A stretch of DNA of 31,788 bases, taken from the IMG/VR virus record IMGVR_UViG_3300032243_000533, positions 1-31,788 of that record, one strand, 5' to 3'. The notes below the pieces were generated by a model that was not told the origin of the DNA, did not search any database, and worked only from the letters and a program-made list of their open reading frames with translations. The translations under genes were made by a program, and so were the position numbers. This stretch comes from a virus (lineage: Duplodnaviria > Caudoviricetes). Positions within the stretch are counted from its first letter, which is position 1. Each line of letters starts with the position of its first letter. Below, piece after piece: positions 27,593 through 31,788 of this stretch.

Positions 27593-28181
27593 GTATCACC
27601 TTCTTCAATATAAGTTTATATTTTACACTATCCTTGGGGAGAAATGTGGCATACTTGGTGCATTTTCGCCTGTATTCTGGCCACCGAATAGTGTCCGATA
27701 TCTTCTTAGACCACATAGGAAAGAATCCAAGAATGTCATTAAGAATACACAAGGTTTCAATCTGTATATCTCTCTGTAAAGTCTTCGTCAATAGACTAGG
27801 ATAGTCACCATCATGCACAACAATCAACTCATTAGGGTTAGAACAACCATCAAATATCTTCGTTAAATCATTCTCAAATGTATATGACAGCGATTGAATT
27901 ACCTTTTGTCTTTTTCGGTAATTCATATCTGCTTCTTCCATCAATAGGTTACCTACCCAAGACTTCTCATCTTCTACAAAATTGGCAACAACAAAATTAA
28001 TCAAATCATCTTTGTTATTACATTTACGAGATAGTTTGTAAAAGTGGTATTTGTCTTTTCTATTTTCGAAAGCAGTTACACTAACACTGGTCTTACCATT
28101 GTATTTTACAAAATCATAATTGTCCGTTGTAAAATGTAACTTGAGTGCCTGATAGATTTCAAATGTTTCATAACCAGTCAT
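27585..28181 (-). CDS. gp59: Helicase loader gp59 (198 aa)
   Basis: Y.ALKLHFT...YDF.KYNGK, F..RKDKY.F.KLSRK, FVVANF, I.IETL.IL, KY..FL; T4 synteny 32-59-33-dsbA. Confidence 0.9.
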   Translation of the reverse strand: MTGYETFEIYQALKLHFTTDNYDFVKYNGKTSVSVTAFENRKDKYHFYKLSRKCNNKDDLINFVVANFVEDEKSWVGNLLMEEADMNYRKRQKVIQSLSYTFENDLTKIFDGCSNPNELIVVHDGDYPSLLTKTLQRDIQIETLCILNDILGFFPMWSKKISDTIRWPEYRRKCTKYATFLPKDSVKYKLILKKVIHD

Positions 28182-28405
28182 ATTGGCAATCTAGCACCTT
28201 TATCTTTTAACATATTATTATCCATTGCGTTAGCTTCAATCTTCGATTTAAGGTTAGAATTAATCAATGTTGCAGCGACTTCAATTTCAAGACCAGTTGT
28301 CTTACAATGGTCAACAATTGCTTCTATGTAATTGTAATCAGTATTAGCAACAAGAGATTCTATCGACTTGGCAAATTTTGCCATTTCATCTTTAGTTGGC
28401 ATCAT
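28178..28405 (-). CDS. gp33: Late transcription coactivator gp33 (75 aa)
   Basis: F.K.IE.LV......YIEAIV..C...GLEIE.AA.LIN..LK.KIE..A...N.L......LPI. Confidence 0.9.
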   Translation of the reverse strand: MMPTKDEMAKFAKSIESLVANTDYNYIEAIVDHCKTTGLEIEVAATLINSNLKSKIEANAMDNNMLKDKGARLPI

Positions 28406-28919
28406 TGCCTATTGGGCATTTTACATCCCAGCATTTTTGATTTGCCATTACATCGAAACTGATACCACAAATCGAACACTTCTCAGAATTTGATTGCACA
28501 GTCATTGGACCTTTCATCAATTCATTTACAGTCCATTGCATCGCAACAGATGGTGCAACACCTTGCCATGGTTGTGTAGCGCCTGCACTCGGTGAATTCA
28601 AATCACCGTCATAGATTGATTCAACAGGTCTTTTCAAAGGAAAAGGCCACTCAGCATCATCTCGCAATGTTTGTGTCCATTCATGCGTTTCTTCCGTGTC
28701 TTCATCTTCATAGATTTCTTCAGCACATTCAAATTTTGGTGTGCTATATTCATCTTCTTCATCAATAAAAGCTAACACACCTGATGGAAGAAAGCCTGAA
28801 CCACGGAGAAACATTTCAAAATGTTCCAAAATAGTTGTCATTGTATCTGAACTAAATTCAATAGTAGTTACTGCATTAGCACCAGAGATATCATCTATTT
28901 GTTTAAAAATATATTTCAT
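28392..28919 (-). CDS. Hypothetical acidic protein with a C-terminal Cys cluster (175 aa)
   Basis: N-terminal EF....L..F..FLRGSGF motif; acidic middle; C-terminal CSICG..x..CWDVKCP; overlaps both neighbours. Confidence 0.65.
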   Translation of the reverse strand: MKYIFKQIDDISGANAVTTIEFSSDTMTTILEHFEMFLRGSGFLPSGVLAFIDEEDEYSTPKFECAEEIYEDEDTEETHEWTQTLRDDAEWPFPLKRPVESIYDGDLNSPSAGATQPWQGVAPSVAMQWTVNELMKGPMTVQSNSEKCSICGISFDVMANQKCWDVKCPIGNDAN

Positions 28920-29188
28920 TTCACAATCGTTTCATAAAGAGTTTCAAATTGGTCTTGCACAGCAACTTCTTCATCATAGTTCTGTTTGAAATAGACCTTC
29001 GCCATTTTCGCTACAATCTTCTTTGGTAATTGTAACTGTTTACTGATATCCGCAATTGCTTCACGGATATATTCTTTCTCACCCTGAGCCCGTGCCATTG
29101 AATCAGACACCTCACGGATTACTTTCAACAACTTTTCACGGTCTGCTGGGTTTGAAATTTGATTAACACTCACTTGCTGAATAGCCAT
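28916..29188 (-). CDS. dsbA: T4 DsbA-like dsDNA-binding protein (90 aa)
   Basis: I.E.SDS......EKE.I.E.I.......L.KK...KMAK.Y.KQ.........FE.LYE.I; position next to gp33; GGAG SD. Confidence 0.85.
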   Translation of the reverse strand: MAIQQVSVNQISNPADREKLLKVIREVSDSMARAQGEKEYIREAIADISKQLQLPKKIVAKMAKVYFKQNYDEEVAVQDQFETLYETIVK

Positions 29189-29205
29189 AATATACTCCTA
29201 AAAAA

Positions 29206-29466
29206 TTATTTCTTAACTGTTACACCTGTATTGTGAGATTGTGCTGATGAAGCAAAAGCCACACAAATAATATCATCACTCTTTGCATATGAACATCTTA
29301 CCGATAATGGGTCAATGCCTTTTGCAATTGCATTATCAATGTTTTGTGCCATAAGAGTTCTGTCACTTATACTATAATAACCAAATCCAAATATTGCTGC
29401 CAATAACACTAATGTCAATGACACAACAACTGGAGTTGGGTACTCTATCTTAGTTGGTAGTTTCAT
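29206..29466 (-). CDS. Small membrane-anchored hypothetical protein (86 aa)
   Basis: One hydrophobic N-terminal helix followed by AIAKGIDPLSVRCSY...IC; ATGA overlap with the hydrolase gene. Confidence 0.65.
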   Translation of the reverse strand: MKLPTKIEYPTPVVVSLTLVLLAAIFGFGYYSISDRTLMAQNIDNAIAKGIDPLSVRCSYAKSDDIICVAFASSAQSHNTGVTVKK

Positions 29467-30014
29467 ATTCCTTTTCCTGTTCTATTGTAAAAGATATGGC
29501 GGCCGACAACGGCAGTCATCTTCATGTTTTTCCATCCAGGATTAACATAGTCAGCATGGTAGAATAAAGCACCATTGGATGGATCTATCATTCGTTCATA
29601 GTTAATATAGACACTTACTGCTAAATCTCTAATATCATTATACAACGAATTGGGGGTGGATGTCAAGCGTTTTTCCGTTGAAATGCGGTAAGGCTTATCT
29701 TCGCAGTACCAAGAAAATTGGCAAACATTCTTGATTTTTTGTTTCACTACACCACAGATATCGGTTTCAAATAAACCGGAATTAACTCTGTTCAAGGTAA
29801 CAAATGCAACAGCGATTTGTCCTTGTTTTGGTTCGTAAGCAGATTCAAAGTAAATATTTTCTGCTAGACATTCAACTTCTGCTTTTGCCTGTGGTGACAA
29901 ATTGTTGAATGTGGTTTTAAAAGGCATGTCATATCTTATCTGTTGTGTCATTCCAACACTTATTAAAAGTATTAGAGTTACTACCGAAAAGCAAATAGCA
30001 TAACTTAATTTCAT
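29463..30014 (-). CDS. SleB/CwlJ-like cell wall hydrolase (Hydrolase_2; 183 aa)
   Basis: N-terminal signal/TM segment; CLAENIYFES..E...GQIAVA.V.LNRV, ICGVV.Q, CQFSW.C, GALFYHADYV.P.W, GRHIFY. Confidence 0.9.
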   Translation of the reverse strand: MKLSYAICFSVVTLILLISVGMTQQIRYDMPFKTTFNNLSPQAKAEVECLAENIYFESAYEPKQGQIAVAFVTLNRVNSGLFETDICGVVKQKIKNVCQFSWYCEDKPYRISTEKRLTSTPNSLYNDIRDLAVSVYINYERMIDPSNGALFYHADYVNPGWKNMKMTAVVGRHIFYNRTGKGI

Positions 30015-30047
30015 TCTTACTCCTTTTTGTTAAAAGGAAAGCACACC

Positions 30048-30069
30048 CGAGGAGAGTGCGCTCTCCTCG
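30048..30069 (-). terminator. Intergenic perfect 9-bp hairpin (terminator or stability element)
   Basis: cgaggagag-tgcg-ctctcctcg; the U-rich tract on the minus strand starts about 7 nt after the stem. Confidence 0.5.
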
Positions 30070-30073
30070 CCCA

Positions 30074-30352
30074 TTAAGTGGTAGACTTTTTAGTTGTAGT
30101 CTTAGTTTCTAGTGGGATGTTTGAAACAAAACCATTTAGGGTTTGAGCCTTTGAAATGATTTCTGCTTCGGAGGGGAATAATGGGAAACCTGGATGTTCA
30201 GGTAATTCTCCTCCATGAATCTTAGCAACTTCTAGTTTGGCATGCCAACTGTTACTAATGATTTCACGCTTACCGTAGTAGTCATCGGTAAGCATATCTT
30301 TCGCCATTTTTAGTAGTTCAAGGCGAATCTCGAACGGTGTCATATTAGACAT
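30074..30352 (-). CDS. Conserved-looking T4-like hypothetical protein (92 aa, MSNMTPFEIRLELLKMAKDML...)
   Basis: Start moved to the ATG at 30352, which follows a TAAGGAG SD; ends with FPSEAEII.KA..LN.FVS. Confidence 0.75.
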   Translation of the reverse strand: MSNMTPFEIRLELLKMAKDMLTDDYYGKREIISNSWHAKLEVAKIHGGELPEHPGFPLFPSEAEIISKAQTLNGFVSNIPLETKTTTKKSTT

Positions 30353-30358
30353 AATGCA

Positions 30359-30417
30359 CTCCTTAGTGTGTTTGTGTGTCACCAGCTTGTTGTGTGATTG
30401 CTGGTTACTTATTTAGT
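30359..30417 (-). promoter_or_regulatory. Late-promoter-like ACTAAATA followed by a hairpin and CA-repeat leader
   Basis: Minus strand: ACTAAATA a GTAACCAGC aatcacacaacaa GCTGGTGAC acacaaacacac TAAGGAG. Confidence 0.55.
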
Positions 30418-30589
30418 CATTCCAATGTCGCAAAACACCAGCCATGATTACAAAATTAGTCACAATGTATATTAACACAATGATTGAGCGGATAATGGCA
30501 ATCTTATCCGCTTCATTGTTATCTGTTGATGCTTTTTCTCCTAAAGATTTTGCCCACAGTCTCCAGAATTTAGTCCCACAACGCTTCAT
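30413..30589 (-). CDS. Small membrane protein (about 58 aa, ...FWRLWAKSLGEKAS...IIVLIYIVTNFVIMAGVLRHW)
   Basis: The ATG at 30589 minimises overlap with the upstream gene; one TM helix. Confidence 0.65.
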   Translation of the reverse strand: MKRCGTKFWRLWAKSLGEKASTDNNEADKIAIIRSIIVLIYIVTNFVIMAGVLRHWND

Positions 30590-31250
30590 AATATTTACCG
30601 AACAAACGGAAACCATTTGTGATTCGTTTCTGTACTTCTTGCATACCTTCAAAATCTAATTCATAGGTGTGATTTGGTCCATCAATCCATTCATACATTG
30701 TTGCTTTGCCATTCTCATCCCATTTGCAAGCAACTGTCTTCTTATCAAATTCACCAGAACTGAATTTATTAGACCATGAATCATCGACCTTACATTCAAA
30801 TGCAAAAATCATTTCATCCAAAACATAAGTCCATCTTTCATGGAAATGTTCATCACTATCCCATTCATTTTCACAACGGTCACGAGCACCAGGTGCGGTA
30901 CTTCTCAATGGTGAAGGAACATCTTCATCGTCAACAGAAGGAGAACCGTGTTTTGATTTTTGTAATTGTTTTAACATTGGCAGAATAATATCTGCTAAAG
31001 TGTGATCCATTGACCAAGTATCCCATCGGTCAATCTTTACATATTTAATTTCTGGATGAACAAAGTCTAAGAACTTTTGCCATGCGACACAAAATGGATT
31101 CAGAAAATCAACCCACTTGTCGTATTTGTGACCAGGTACATCTTCATGGTTGTAGAATACATCATCATCTTTTTCCCAAAAGCAAATCACTTTGAGGATA
31201 GTGTACGGTGACACCCAATGGTTTCGGTAATTACTTCTATAAACTTTCAC
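30570..31250 (-). CDS. Hypothetical Trp/Asp-rich phage protein (226 aa)
   Basis: GTG start after AAGGA; IDRWDTWSMDHTLADIILPMLKQL..KHGSP.VDDEDVP, RW.YVLDEMIFAF and RI.NGFRLFGKYY..LWD. Confidence 0.75.
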   Translation of the reverse strand: MKVYRSNYRNHWVSPYTILKVICFWEKDDDVFYNHEDVPGHKYDKWVDFLNPFCVAWQKFLDFVHPEIKYVKIDRWDTWSMDHTLADIILPMLKQLQKSKHGSPSVDDEDVPSPLRSTAPGARDRCENEWDSDEHFHERWTYVLDEMIFAFECKVDDSWSNKFSSGEFDKKTVACKWDENGKATMYEWIDGPNHTYELDFEGMQEVQKRITNGFRLFGKYYEALWD

Positions 31251-31396
31251 TCTGTTTCCTTGTATGATTTAAACTTATCGTCATTACGAATATCAGAAAT
31301 TCTTTTCTTTGCGGCTGAATTACCCAGCCATCTAAAATTGGTACACAAGGTACACTTACAATTTCTTCTTGGTTTTTTTCTTTTATAATTTGCCAT
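31247..31396 (-). CDS. Unannotated 49-aa basic Cys-rich protein
   Basis: MANYKRKKPRRNCKCTLCTNFRWLGNSAAKKRISDIRNDDKFKSYKETE*; fills the gap exactly, with TAATG and GTGA overlaps on the two sides. Confidence 0.75.
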   Translation of the reverse strand: MANYKRKKPRRNCKCTLCTNFRWLGNSAAKKRISDIRNDDKFKSYKETE

Positions 31397-31635
31397 TACC
31401 TGAATAGGATATATGTTGAATAAGCAAACAATGCTATTATACTGACTTTTGCAATTACTGTCAATAGATAAAACAACTGAATACGGAAAAGATATAACAC
31501 ACCAAACAATAAAAATATAAACAGTAATTCATTACCATTTACTGAAGAATTATTAACTTTTGTTATTGCCGGTTCTGTTGCAATCTTAATTTCCTGAATT
31601 GGTTCTATACGAACATCTTCTAAAATCAAAGGCAC
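31396..31635 (-). CDS. Small membrane protein (79 aa, two hydrophobic segments)
   Basis: GTG start after GGAG; hydrophobic C-terminal half. Confidence 0.6.
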   Translation of the reverse strand: MPLILEDVRIEPIQEIKIATEPAITKVNNSSVNGNELLFIFLLFGVLYLFRIQLFYLLTVIAKVSIIALFAYSTYILFR

Positions 31636-31654
31636 AATGTCACTCCATCATAAT

Positions 31655-31788
31655 ATAAAAGGTTGGTTATTCTGTTACGAGGAAACCAACCAAAACCCTA
31701 AGCTGCGTTTAGGCTGCTAATGCGAACTGTGAGTCGTTTGCGTTTACTTTATTTTCTTCTTTTTACATCGTTGCTGATGTGCTGTCCA
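31655..31788 (-). ncRNA. ssrA: tmRNA, partial: tag-coding region (5' part outside the window)
   Basis: Tag frame 31741-31709 GCA AAC GAC TCA CAG TTC GCA TTA GCA GCC TAA = ANDSQFALAA*, preceded by an A-rich resume context (aaataaagtaaac). A cctaa/ttagg helix covers the stop, followed by a ggttggtt/aaccaacc hairpin. Confidence 0.88.

Noticed and set aside
30353-30652. Longer starts given in the track for the 30074 and 30413 ORFs
   Set aside because: SD position supports 30352; the 30652 start overlaps the upstream gene far more than 30589 does.
60-30988. Many short ORFs of the track that are antisense to or nested in recognised genes (e.g. 60-395, 1562-1756, 8182-8457, 10268-10648, 23734-24126, 27183-27578)
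   Set aside because: Shadow frames of strongly supported genes, with no SD and no recognisable motifs.

Overview
AT-rich segment of a T4-like (Tevenvirinae-superfamily) myophage genome. The left part (1-26083) is the baseplate/tail module: a >1976-aa VrlC/DUF4815-type virion protein running off the left edge, gp8, an Ala/Asn-repeat fibre, gp7, gp6, gp25, a gp5 spike split over several genes, a gp27-like hub, gp53 and gp48. Transcribed divergently from these are gp4, gp2, a gp54/gp19-fold protein, gp26/gp51 and a tape-measure-like protein with a tail lysozyme. After a bidirectional terminator come gp32, a HAD phosphatase, gp59, gp33, dsbA, a SleB-like hydrolase and small hypothetical genes. 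The window ends inside a tmRNA (tag ANDSQFALAA*). Main leads: (1) the tmRNA has no 3' tRNA-like half after the tag, so it is probably two-piece (permuted); (2) a T-TTT-TTC slippery site could fuse gp26 to a start-less gp51-like frame just upstream of the tape measure gene, like the lambda G/GT chaperone frameshift; (3) gp5 is genetically split, with one break near T4's proteolytic maturation site, no lysozyme, a SHOCT-like insert gene and an HxH apex; (4) a CA-repeat structured leader and an unannotated basic Cys-rich micro-protein lie near the tmRNA. All family calls come from motif recognition by eye; no database searches were run.
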